Of a DNA stretch of 64,000 nt, positions 27,201 through 36,391 are shown piece after piece. Numbering within the stretch: position 1 is the stretch's first letter; each line of letters starts with the position of its first letter. This stretch comes from an uncultured Bdellovibrionales bacterium (GTDB lineage: Bacteria; Patescibacteriota; Minisyncoccia; Moranbacterales; UBA9337). Location of the stretch: positions 4,227 through 68,226 of the forward strand of contig CAZSCV010000003.1 in assembly GCA_964605525.1 (NCBI GenBank), written 5' to 3'. The notes under the pieces were generated by a model. That model was not told where the DNA came from, did no database searches, and saw only the letters and a program-made list of their open reading frames with translations. The position numbers were made by a program, and so were the translations under genes.

Positions 27201-28406
27201 ATGTACAACAGAACAAACACGCGTCAGCCGCGCGCTAATAACGGCTGGAAAAAAAGGTCTTCTCGGGGCAATTCCCAGTCTGGAAGAAGAAGATTTGCTG
27301 GTAACAAAATTGACATCAGCCGTTTTATTAATAAAGCGGAAAAAGTAGGGACGGAAGAAGTTTTCAAGCCCCGATATTCTTTCACAGAATTGGAAATTTC
27401 CGATGTTTTGAAGCGATCCATTATCGGTCGCGGATATAAAACACCAACTCCTATTCAAGATAAGGCAATACCGGTTGTTTTGTCCGGAAGGGATGTAATT
27501 GGTTTGGCTAATACCGGAACTGGAAAAACGGCTGCTTTTTTAATTCCAATGATTGACAAAATACTGAAAAATCCGGAAGAAAAAGTTCTCATTGTTGTTC
27601 CAACAAGAGAACTGGCGATTCAAATAAAAGAAGAATTTTCTTTATTTGCAAAAGGGATGAATATTCATTCCGTTGTTGTTGTCGGAGGCGCCAGTATTCA
27701 AAGACAAATTATGGAACTGCGATCAAGGCATAATGTGGTAATTGGAACACCGGGAAGATTGAAAGATTTGATTGACCGAAAGGTGCTTAATTTATCTCGA
27801 GTCGGGAATGTAGTTCTTGATGAAGCTGACCGAATGTTGGATATGGGATTTATTAATGACGTGAAATTGCTTTTGTCGCTGGTGGCAAAGAAAAGGCAGA
27901 TAATGCTCTTTTCTGCGACATTTTCAGCGGAAATTGAGAAATTGGTAAAACAATTTTTGGTAAATCCGGAACGTATTTCTATTGTAACCAGAGAAACATC
28001 CAAACAGATTGATCAAAATATCGTCCGCGTTGCAGGAGGAGAAGACAAGGTTGAAGTTTTGTGTGAAATGCTTGTTCAAACTCACTTTGAAAAAGTGCTG
28101 GTATTTACCCGTACAAAGCATGGAGCGGATAAACTTTGCAGTAAGTTGTATCAAAAAGGATTAAAATCTGAAGCGATTCATGGAAACAAACCGCAAAATA
28201 GGCGTCAGCGAGCACTTAAGATGTTTAAAGATAGTATGATCAATATTCTCGTAGCGACTGATGTTGCTGCCAGAGGATTGGACATTCCGAATGTGAGCCA
28301 CGTGATTAATTTTGATGTTCCGGCGACATATGAAGATTATGTGCACCGAATCGGCCGTACAGGAAGAGCCGATCAGAAAGGAATAGCCCTTACTTTTGTT
28401 GATTGA
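27201..28406 (+). CDS. DEAD-box RNA helicase
   Basis: TPTPIQ, GTGKT, PTREL, DEAD, SAT, ARGLD, HRIGRTGR. Confidence 0.96.
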   Translation: MYNRTNTRQPRANNGWKKRSSRGNSQSGRRRFAGNKIDISRFINKAEKVGTEEVFKPRYSFTELEISDVLKRSIIGRGYKTPTPIQDKAIPVVLSGRDVIGLANTGTGKTAAFLIPMIDKILKNPEEKVLIVVPTRELAIQIKEEFSLFAKGMNIHSVVVVGGASIQRQIMELRSRHNVVIGTPGRLKDLIDRKVLNLSRVGNVVLDEADRMLDMGFINDVKLLLSLVAKKRQIMLFSATFSAEIEKLVKQFLVNPERISIVTRETSKQIDQNIVRVAGGEDKVEVLCEMLVQTHFEKVLVFTRTKHGADKLCSKLYQKGLKSEAIHGNKPQNRRQRALKMFKDSMINILVATDVAARGLDIPNVSHVINFDVPATYEDYVHRIGRTGRADQKGIALTFVD

Positions 28407-28407
28407 A

Positions 28408-28443
28408 AAACATAAAACGCGCCTGAGGGCGCGTTTTATGTTT
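28408..28443 (+). terminator. Intrinsic terminator hairpin
   Basis: AAACATAAAACGCGCC-TGAG-GGCGCGTTTTATGTTT. Confidence 0.75.
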
Positions 28444-28534
28444 GCGGGAAAATAAGAATAAAATAGCATTAAACAGCTAGACTTGTTTTGAAGTTTTGTA
28501 TATAATTAAGGAAAAGAAATAAAAGGGAAGTGAT

Positions 28535-28996
28535 ATGGAAGGAAAACCTATCATAATTTTATTTAAAGAAAACGAGCTTAATATCAGCAAGCTCTATGCT
28601 TTTTACGCGCTTAATATTCCGCAAAAAAAAGATTTTTGGGAAAGACTATCAGAAGAAGAAGTGGCGCATGCCGCTTCTATCAGTGGAAATTATGAAAGCG
28701 GAGATAAAGAGGGAGGAATTATCGAAAATAAGTTTTCCCGCGGAGTAATCAGGTATGTTATGGATTTTGTGATTGAACAAATAGAAAAGGCAAAGAATGA
28801 AAAAATATCGCATCAAGACGCGCTGCTTACGGCATTGCGCATCGAACGGTCGATGCTGGAGAAAAAATGCTTCGATATATTTGCGCCGGCATCCGAAACA
28901 CTAAAGAATGTTTTGCGAAAGTTGAATGATGAAACTGAGCAACATGTGGAGATTCTGATAAAAGAATTGAAAAAGAATAAAGTAATTTTCAAGTAA
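28535..28996 (+). CDS. Ferritin-like/rubrerythrin-domain protein
   Basis: Repeated E..H motifs (EEEVAH, ETEQH). Confidence 0.65.
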   Translation: MEGKPIIILFKENELNISKLYAFYALNIPQKKDFWERLSEEEVAHAASISGNYESGDKEGGIIENKFSRGVIRYVMDFVIEQIEKAKNEKISHQDALLTALRIERSMLEKKCFDIFAPASETLKNVLRKLNDETEQHVEILIKELKKNKVIFK

Positions 28997-29078
28997 GCAG
29001 AATCTTTTTTAGTTGAAATTATTCAAATACTTTTGGCGCATATTTGATTGTGGTATGCGCGTATATTTTAATAGAGTT

Positions 29079-29873
29079 ATGGAAAATATTATTGAGGTTA
29101 AAAATTTGGTAAAAAAGTTTGATGATATAACTGCCGTCGACGGTGTTTCTTTTTCTGTGGCGAGGGGAGAAATTTTTGCGTTTCTTGGTCCAAACGGCGC
29201 TGGAAAAACTACTACGATAAAAATGTTTACAACTCTTCTTCAGCCGACAAGCGGCAGTATATTGATCAATGGATTTGATCCTGTAACTAATCCTGACGAT
29301 GTCCGCCGTTCTTTTGGAATAATTTTCCAGGATCCGAGTCTTGATGATGAACTCACTGCTTTTGAAAATTTGGAATTTCACGGCGTTTTGTATGGCGTTC
29401 CTAAAAAAATCCGCCGGGAAAGAATTGGCGAGTTGCTTAAAATAGTAGACCTTGAAAAAAGGCGGAATGATTTGGTAAAAGAATTTTCCGGAGGAATGAA
29501 ACGTCGACTTGAAATTGCCAGAGGGATTTTGCACCATCCGAAAATAATATTTCTTGACGAACCGACATTGGGTCTTGATCCGCAGACGAGGAATTATTTG
29601 TGGGGATATATCAATGATATGAATAAAAAAGAGGGAATAACGGTTTTTTTCAGCACTCATTATATGGAAGAAGCGGATCGTATGTCGGATCGTATTGCTG
29701 TTATTGATAATGGAAAAATAATCGCAGAAGGAACTGCTTCCGATTTGAAAGAAAAAACGAAAACGGAAACATTGGAGGACGCATTCCTTAGTCTTACCGG
29801 CAAGCAAATTCGCGAGGAGGGTGCTAGTAGTGTTGATAAATTAAGAAATATGAGTCGATTATGGAGAAGATGA
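29079..29873 (+). CDS. ABC transporter ATP-binding protein (DrrA-like)
   Basis: GPNGAGKTT, FSGGMKRR, LDEPT, STH. Confidence 0.93.
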   Translation: MENIIEVKNLVKKFDDITAVDGVSFSVARGEIFAFLGPNGAGKTTTIKMFTTLLQPTSGSILINGFDPVTNPDDVRRSFGIIFQDPSLDDELTAFENLEFHGVLYGVPKKIRRERIGELLKIVDLEKRRNDLVKEFSGGMKRRLEIARGILHHPKIIFLDEPTLGLDPQTRNYLWGYINDMNKKEGITVFFSTHYMEEADRMSDRIAVIDNGKIIAEGTASDLKEKTKTETLEDAFLSLTGKQIREEGASSVDKLRNMSRLWRR

Positions 29874-30628
29874 CAAATTATTTGAAAATAATATTTATTC
29901 TTTGGTTAAGACAGATTAAAAGATACTACCGTTCGCGCGCCAGGATGATCGGATCTCTTGCTCAGCCGGTGCTTTTTTTGGTGGCTCTTGGATTTGGGTT
30001 CGGACCGATTTACCAGAAAGCGGGTGGCGGAAATTATATTCAGTTTATCGCTCCCGGAATAATTTCGATGAGTATACTTTTTACGGCGATGTTTTCTGGA
30101 ATTGAAGTGATTTATGACCGGCAATTTGGATTTCTCAAGGAAACATTAGTAGCGCCGGTTCCGCGCTGGACAATAATGTTAGGAAGAACTTTCGGAGGAG
30201 CGACGGTTGCGACCTTGCAGGGACTGGTAGTGTTTTTCATTGCTTTATGGGTCGGTTTTCGTCCGGAAAATATATTTTTGGCTCCATTTGCTCTGATATT
30301 TATGATATTGATCGCTTTTTTCTTTACGGCATTTGGAACGGCGATTGCTTCAAAAATGGAGGATATGCAAGCGTTTCCTATTATTATGAACTTTTTGATT
30401 ATGCCTCTTTTCTTTTTGTCCGGCGCGCTATTTCCTCTTAGCGGACTTCCGAAATCGATACAGTTAATTGCTTATGCTAATCCTCTGTCATACGGAGTGG
30501 ATGGAATCAGAGGGATTCTTTCCGGACAAATGCATTTTACTTTCCATGCCGATTTTTTTATACTGTCAATTCTTACTGTTATTGTTTTGGCTGTCGGCAG
30601 TTATCTTTTTTCCAAGATTGAGGTTTGA
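29870..30628 (+). CDS. ABC-2 type permease
   Basis: PGII.M, DRQFG, FLSGALFP, NPLSY.VD. Confidence 0.9.
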   Translation: MTNYLKIIFILWLRQIKRYYRSRARMIGSLAQPVLFLVALGFGFGPIYQKAGGGNYIQFIAPGIISMSILFTAMFSGIEVIYDRQFGFLKETLVAPVPRWTIMLGRTFGGATVATLQGLVVFFIALWVGFRPENIFLAPFALIFMILIAFFFTAFGTAIASKMEDMQAFPIIMNFLIMPLFFLSGALFPLSGLPKSIQLIAYANPLSYGVDGIRGILSGQMHFTFHADFFILSILTVIVLAVGSYLFSKIEV

Positions 30629-30694
30629 CGCTTGAATATTTTGTAATTTTTTTATTCTGAAGAAGAAAATATGTAATTGGTGTTTGCTGGATTA

Positions 30695-32146
30695 TTATTT
30701 TTCCAAATCCAAAATTTCGTCAATGCGGACTTGCTCGACGAATTCCGGTACGTGGCTCACTAGAATCATTGCGCCCTTGTAGTCATTCAGGGCTTTGGCA
30801 ATAATGGGCAAATGGCGAAAATTGATGTGATTGGTCGGTTCATCCAAAATGAGCAGTCCCGGATGTTGGAGTGTCAGGCGGGCAAAAGCCACCAATCCTT
30901 TTTGCCCTTCAGAGAGCGATCCGATTTTGGCGCCGATAATTTTTTTATCAATAAGAAATCCAGAGGCGATAGAGCGCATCACTTCCTCGTCTTTTTTCTC
31001 CATTACTTCCAAAAGCGAATCGTGGACAGTATCTTCAAAATTGAGCGTCGAGAAATCTTGGCGGTAATATCCAACTTTGATTCCGTCGGCAATTTTGGCG
31101 TTTTTGGATTTTCCTGATGCTAGTGATTCAAGCAGGGTGCTTTTTCCAATTCCGTTGGGTCCGGCAAGCAATAAATGAGTATTTTTCTTGAGAGAAATTT
31201 CTACCTTTTTTTCTGTCGGTTGGTGGTCCTTGATAACTGTGAGCGAGTTGATGCTAAGAATTTCTCCCAGCAGTTCTTCTTGAGCAGGAATATCAAAGTT
31301 TCTAATTGCTTTGTCCTCGCGGCGCACGTCAACCTTGGATTCTTCCATTTCCGCCGCCTTGTCGCGCATTTTTCGTGCGACCAAGCGCATTTTTCCTCCC
31401 TTGTTGGCGAAAAAGTTAGCCTTTTCTTTGTTGGCGATAATTTCTTTTTCATATTGCGCGTTTTTCATTTTTTCTTTTTCGATTCGGTCCGCGATTTCCG
31501 CCACCACAACATAATAATCTCCGAGATATTGCTCTATTTTGTGCGTAAAAATATCCAAATAAAGCACTCCATCCGTGAAAGAATTCAAAAAGTCCGCATC
31601 ATGAGAAATTACGATGCAAGTTTTTCCATAGTTCATTAAAAACTGGGTGAGGTGGGCGATTCCTGCTTTGTCTAAGTTGTTGGTTGGTTCGTCGAGAATT
31701 AGCAAATCCGGATTTTGGATTAGTGCCGATGCCAAGAGAAGCCGCGCTTGCTGTCCGCCAGAAAAACTTTTGATTATTTTTTCGTGCGGGGCTTTTAAAT
31801 TTACCAATTCAAGTACTTTGTCGATTTTTGGAGCGATGCTGTATATTTTTTCGTCGAAACATTTTTCGAAAAATTCTTTAACGGAAAGCTCCATTTGCTC
31901 GCGTGGGATGACTTGTTTGGCGTAGGCGATTTTGAGGCTTGGATCGACATAAATTGAACCGTCATCTGCTTTGAGCGAGCCGGTAATTAAATTGAGGACG
32001 GTGCTTTTTCCGGCTCCATTTTGCCCCATAATTGTCATTTTTGTTCCGGCGCGAAGCGCAAAAGAAGCCTCATCGAGGATTGGTTTGCCGTGCCCATATT
32101 CAAATGAAACCTTGTTAAAACGTATTGCTACATCGTCTTTTGCCAT
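30695..32146 (-). CDS. ABC-F family ATPase
   Basis: Two ABC domains, SGGQ/SEGQ, DEPTNN/DEPTNH, no TM segments. Confidence 0.92.
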   Translation of the reverse strand: MAKDDVAIRFNKVSFEYGHGKPILDEASFALRAGTKMTIMGQNGAGKSTVLNLITGSLKADDGSIYVDPSLKIAYAKQVIPREQMELSVKEFFEKCFDEKIYSIAPKIDKVLELVNLKAPHEKIIKSFSGGQQARLLLASALIQNPDLLILDEPTNNLDKAGIAHLTQFLMNYGKTCIVISHDADFLNSFTDGVLYLDIFTHKIEQYLGDYYVVVAEIADRIEKEKMKNAQYEKEIIANKEKANFFANKGGKMRLVARKMRDKAAEMEESKVDVRREDKAIRNFDIPAQEELLGEILSINSLTVIKDHQPTEKKVEISLKKNTHLLLAGPNGIGKSTLLESLASGKSKNAKIADGIKVGYYRQDFSTLNFEDTVHDSLLEVMEKKDEEVMRSIASGFLIDKKIIGAKIGSLSEGQKGLVAFARLTLQHPGLLILDEPTNHINFRHLPIIAKALNDYKGAMILVSHVPEFVEQVRIDEILDLEK

Positions 32147-32229
32147 ATGTTTGATTTTGAAAATTCAATTTACGCGCTTGAATTTCAATAGTACAGTACT
32201 TTTTGTAATTTGAAAAGTGCCAGGTTTAT

Positions 32230-33198
32230 TTATCCCAAAACTATGTTAAAAAGATAGCCGGTAAAGATGATTCCCGTTGCGACTATGCCGGCGAAAATAA
32301 GAATCAATTTTAATTTCATCACTTTTTTGAGAATCAGAAATTCCGGCAGTGAAAGTCCGGTTACTGCCATCATAAAAGCCAGGCTTGTTCCTATCGCCAC
32401 GCCTTTTTCAGTAAGGACGCCAACTAACGGAATGACTCCGGCGGCGTTGGAATAGAGCGGAACACCAATCAGGACAGCTAGCGGTACGGCGTACCATTTG
32501 TCACTTCCGGCGTATTGCATCAAGAAATCAGTCGGTACATAACCATGAATCCACGCGCCGATGCCAATTCCAATTAAAATATATAGCCAAACTTTTTTAA
32601 TAATTCCAATGGTGTAATTTTTGGCATAATCAATTCTTTGTTTCCAATTCAAAGACGGCAATAAGAGTTTTCCATTTTGATTGTTTTTGCAGATGAACTC
32701 CTCCACCAGATTTTCTACTTTCAAATGAGAAATGATAATCCCAGAAGCAATGGCAATGATTAAACCGCTTGCGACATAAAGAGAGGCGATTTTCCATCCA
32801 AACATTCCAAAAAGTAGGACTAGCGCCACTTCGTTGATCATCGGCGAAGCAACGAGAAATGAAAAAGTTGTCCCGAGCGGAACGCCGGCTTCCAAAAAAC
32901 CCAAAAACAATGGAATCGCACTGCAGGTGCAAAATGGAGTAATGATTCCAAGAAGTGAGGCTAAAACATTTCCGACATATTTTTTCTTATGCGAAAGAAT
33001 GTTTTTGATTTTTTCCGGAGGCAGGAATGACCGGATAATCGACACTGTGAAAATTATCACAATCAAAAGCAAGAGAATTTTTATCGTATCGAAAATAAAA
33101 AAGTTAACTGCTGATGCGAGTAGCGTTTCTTTATCAATGTCGAATATTGAATAAGTGATCCAATCGGCGAAAAGTTGGATTAAGTAAAATGTATTCAT
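32230..33198 (-). CDS. ArsP/DUF318-family permease
   Basis: TPFCTCSAIP, SPMIN, GVPLY, LSLPE. Confidence 0.9.
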   Translation of the reverse strand: MNTFYLIQLFADWITYSIFDIDKETLLASAVNFFIFDTIKILLLLIVIIFTVSIIRSFLPPEKIKNILSHKKKYVGNVLASLLGIITPFCTCSAIPLFLGFLEAGVPLGTTFSFLVASPMINEVALVLLFGMFGWKIASLYVASGLIIAIASGIIISHLKVENLVEEFICKNNQNGKLLLPSLNWKQRIDYAKNYTIGIIKKVWLYILIGIGIGAWIHGYVPTDFLMQYAGSDKWYAVPLAVLIGVPLYSNAAGVIPLVGVLTEKGVAIGTSLAFMMAVTGLSLPEFLILKKVMKLKLILIFAGIVATGIIFTGYLFNIVLG

Positions 33199-33200
33199 TA

Positions 33201-33434
33201 TTATTTTTGGAGAAAAGCTATTATTTCTTTTACTTCTGCCACTCTTCCAAAAACCTTGATTTCTTCATTGATAAGTAGGGCGGGCGTACTCATAACTCCA
33301 TAACTCATAATATCTTGAATTTCAGTTATTTTTTCAATTTCATTCTGTAAGTTTAATTCTTTCAATGCTTGTTTCGTGTTGGCTTCCAATTTTTGGCAAT
33401 TAGGACAGCCGGTGCCCAAAATTTTAATATTCAT
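33201..33434 (-). CDS. Small redox-active disulfide (thioredoxin-like) protein
   Basis: ILGTGCPNC, YGVMSTPAL. Confidence 0.9.
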   Translation of the reverse strand: MNIKILGTGCPNCQKLEANTKQALKELNLQNEIEKITEIQDIMSYGVMSTPALLINEEIKVFGRVAEVKEIIAFLQK

Positions 33435-33438
33435 TTTT

Positions 33439-33747
33439 TTATTTTATTAGTTGATTAAAAATTTTCTGGTATTTCTTGATGGATTTTTTGTTGAGAGAGT
33501 AGCGGATGAAATTTCCTTCGCGTTTTTCAGAAAGTAAATCAATATTTTTGAGTTGTTTGAGATGGTGCGAAACCAGCTTGTCGGATATTCCAATTTCTGG
33601 AACTATTTCACATACGCATTTGGAGCTTTTTCTCAGAACGCAAAGTATTTTCAATCTGTTTGGATCAGAAATAGCGCGAAGAAAAGCGTATGTTTTACTG
33701 ATATTTTCCGCTTCCGCAGAATTTTTGGCGCAACATTCAAATTTCAT
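33439..33747 (-). CDS. ArsR/SmtB-family repressor
   Basis: DPNRLKIL, CVCE, SHHL..L. Confidence 0.9.
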   Translation of the reverse strand: MKFECCAKNSAEAENISKTYAFLRAISDPNRLKILCVLRKSSKCVCEIVPEIGISDKLVSHHLKQLKNIDLLSEKREGNFIRYSLNKKSIKKYQKIFNQLIK

Positions 33748-33753
33748 AAAATT

Positions 33754-33783
33754 ATACTATTCTAATATATATTAGAATAGTAT
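33754..33783. promoter_or_regulatory. 30-bp perfect palindrome, probable ArsR operator
   Basis: ATACTATTCTAATATATATTAGAATAGTAT just upstream of the ArsR ATG; TTGACA on - strand near 33800. Confidence 0.75.
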
Positions 33784-33852
33784 GCCATTTTATTATGCGT
33801 GTCAAGGCAGTATATTTTATTGATTATTTCCTGTCGGAAAAAAAGCGAGATT

Positions 33853-34653
33853 TTATTCAACACTGATCATAATTTTTTTTCCAGTAGTCACATTTCCTCC
33901 ATTCCAATCGTGAAGTGCATTCATCAATACAGATGCCTTGTATATATAGTCCGCTCCTTTTCTGGTTCCTGGATCATTGGTAATGAAATCTCCTGATTTT
34001 GTGTATCCTTTGACAACGAGCATATGATAGATTGGTCCCGGTTGTTTGAAATTCGGATTACCGAGCTGTTGTCCGGCAAAGGGAAGGATTAATACTTTGT
34101 TTTCCGCCAATGCGTTTTGAATGTCTGTGATAGAAGGATTATTGATGATAGCTATATTTTTTAAGTTAAAATATTCTCGGAGAACCATAGCTGTTTCTTC
34201 GATAGTGGTATCTTGATAAAATCCAAGTTTTTCCATTTCGAATTTTTGGAGTGCTTTTAATTTTTTGTCAGCATCTTCCGGATCGGAAATCGTTTGACTT
34301 TTGGCATAGCTGGCTGCCATTAGCATCGATGCTTCTTCGCAGAATTCTTGGTAGGGCATATTCCAGTTTTGATGTGGCGATTGGGATGTAAAAGGAACTT
34401 TCAAGTTTACGTATTCGGGCAGTGTCTGGATATTTTCCAGAGCAGATTCTGAAGATGATGACGGAGGATTTGTGTTTTCGGAAGATTCTGGAGGGGTGTC
34501 TGCCGTTTGCGTTATTTCGGACACTTCGGAAGAAGGAGGGATGGAAATAACGGAAGAAGTGGAGGGCGGATCGTTTTTGAAATCGAAAAAGAACCATCTC
34601 GCTGAAACGAGTATAAAAATAACGAAAATTATGAATAAATATTTTAATTTCAA
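33853..34653 (-). CDS. C39-like peptidase domain protein
   Basis: VPFTSQSP, CEEAS, HMLVVKGY, NDPGT; N-terminal TM; start uncertain. Confidence 0.8.
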   Translation of the reverse strand: MKLKYLFIIFVIFILVSARWFFFDFKNDPPSTSSVISIPPSSEVSEITQTADTPPESSENTNPPSSSSESALENIQTLPEYVNLKVPFTSQSPHQNWNMPYQEFCEEASMLMAASYAKSQTISDPEDADKKLKALQKFEMEKLGFYQDTTIEETAMVLREYFNLKNIAIINNPSITDIQNALAENKVLILPFAGQQLGNPNFKQPGPIYHMLVVKGYTKSGDFITNDPGTRKGADYIYKASVLMNALHDWNGGNVTTGKKIMISVE

Positions 34654-34730
34654 AATAAGATGGCGCTTTTAATAGGTATACTTTATTCTACCACTATATT
34701 TTTTAACGGAAAACCTGTCGTTTTAATGGC

Positions 34731-34772
34731 TTGACAGTTTAATAGTTTATTGATAAACTATTTAGGTGTCAA
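34731..34772 (+). promoter_or_regulatory. Promoter with probable MarR operator
   Basis: TTGACA-17-TAAACT; inverted repeat AATAGTTTA-TTGA-TAAACTATT at 34741-34762. Confidence 0.75.
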
Positions 34773-34792
34773 CTTTTTAATAATATTTTTTT

Positions 34793-35263
34793 ATGAAAAT
34801 AACTAATTCTTTTTCGCCAGCCGAAGCAATGATTTGCCTGTCACATAGACTTGAATTGATTGCTGATAAATATATTTTTAAGCCGATGGGCTTGTCCTCA
34901 ATTAGTGTAAAAATACTGATGTTGTTGAAAAATGGGAGTCAGATGACTGTAAGTGAGTTGATTAAAAAAACTGGAGCGACAAAGTCGAATATGAGTCAGC
35001 GACTGACTTTTCTGGAAAAGGAACAATATATCACCAGGAATTATGCCAGCGACAGTAATGATAAGCGCAAAGTATTAATTAAGCTCACTTTTTCCGGGAA
35101 GAAAAGAATAATTGATTTGAAAAAAAGATTGGAAAAGGCGCAAATTTCTTTTGAAAAAAAATTTACCGCCAAAGAGGTTTCCCAGCATAAGGATTTTATC
35201 AAAAAAATGAATTTGATTCTTGATAATGAAGAAGATAAATTGGAAAAAATATTTAAGTTTTAA
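34793..35263 (+). CDS. MarR-family regulator
   Basis: wHTH with DKRKVLIKLT..G. Confidence 0.88.
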   Translation: MKITNSFSPAEAMICLSHRLELIADKYIFKPMGLSSISVKILMLLKNGSQMTVSELIKKTGATKSNMSQRLTFLEKEQYITRNYASDSNDKRKVLIKLTFSGKKRIIDLKKRLEKAQISFEKKFTAKEVSQHKDFIKKMNLILDNEEDKLEKIFKF

Positions 35264-35271
35264 AAAATTAT

Positions 35272-36381
35272 ATGAATAAGAAAAAAATTATCGTATCTAT
35301 ATTCGTGGTCGCAGTTGCTTTTTCTGCGTCTGCAATTTTATCTGGAAAAAAACCGGCATCATCCCAGGATGCGCCCAGGAAGCCTATTGGTATTTTTGTT
35401 CAGTCAGCTGCCGATAGTAAAATAATCGTGCAAAAAAATCAATTTCCGGCAATGTTTGTGGGAGATCAAGAGATTAAAATTACTGCAAAATCCGCCGGAA
35501 CGGTTGTGAGTGCCACAGGCGATATCGGAAGTAGGGTTGCAGTGGGATCGCTGTTGGCGAGAATTGATGATTCCGGATCATTGGCGGTCGGTGAAAAAGG
35601 TTTTCAAAATATTCAAGTTCAGCAATTGCAACTCGTAGCGGAGCAGGCGAAAAAATCCTATGGTCTTGCAAAAGATGAATATGCCCGCTTGAAGGATTCT
35701 AGCAGTGCAAGCAGTGCAGAAAAAGACAGCGCCAAAACTCAAAGAAATATTGCAAAATTGCAGTATGAAAATGCGATACTCGGTCTTAATGGTTCAATTG
35801 ATAGTCGCTTGATTACAAGTCCGATTTCCGGGGTGATTACGAATAAGGCTGTTTCTGTTGGTGATTCTGTTTCTGTTGGACAGCTCATTGCCGTCGTCAG
35901 TAAATCTTCTAATATTAAAGTTCAATTTTATGTCGATCAGGAGCAACGCACTTTGTTGAATTACGGGCAAGAAGTTGTTGCGCTGGACGATGCCAATAAT
36001 TCAATTCCGTTGATAATTCGAAATATTTCAGTTGTGGCGGACCAATCTACAAAACGCTTTTTAATTGAAGCTTATCCTAAGAATCGTGACGCGAAAGGAT
36101 TGTTTTCTGGAACAATTGCAATCGTTGATATTGAAAATATAATAAAACCAAGCATAGACAGTAATTTTATTTTGCCATTGTCCGTAATTAATGTTGGTCA
36201 AAATGAAGATTATATTTTCACGGTTGAAAATAATATTGTTAAAAAAGTCATTGTGGAGATCGTGAAGGTTAATGGGGAAACTGTAGAAATTTCCGCTCAA
36301 ATTTCTCCGGAAACTATGATTATAACAGATGGCAATAAACTCGTGCAGGAAGGGGAGAGTGTAGAAATAAAAAGGCAATAA
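35272..36381 (+). CDS. RND efflux periplasmic adaptor subunit
   Basis: Lipoyl-like halves (G..V..G.LL; ITSPISG), coiled hairpin. Confidence 0.85.
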   Translation: MNKKKIIVSIFVVAVAFSASAILSGKKPASSQDAPRKPIGIFVQSAADSKIIVQKNQFPAMFVGDQEIKITAKSAGTVVSATGDIGSRVAVGSLLARIDDSGSLAVGEKGFQNIQVQQLQLVAEQAKKSYGLAKDEYARLKDSSSASSAEKDSAKTQRNIAKLQYENAILGLNGSIDSRLITSPISGVITNKAVSVGDSVSVGQLIAVVSKSSNIKVQFYVDQEQRTLLNYGQEVVALDDANNSIPLIIRNISVVADQSTKRFLIEAYPKNRDAKGLFSGTIAIVDIENIIKPSIDSNFILPLSVINVGQNEDYIFTVENNIVKKVIVEIVKVNGETVEISAQISPETMIITDGNKLVQEGESVEIKRQ

Positions 36382-36391
36382 TAAATAAATT

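Noticed and set aside
29019-29807. 262-aa antisense ORF (and the many other shadow ORFs in the track)
   Set aside because: Lies opposite a clear ABC ATPase and has no motif; typical antisense shadow
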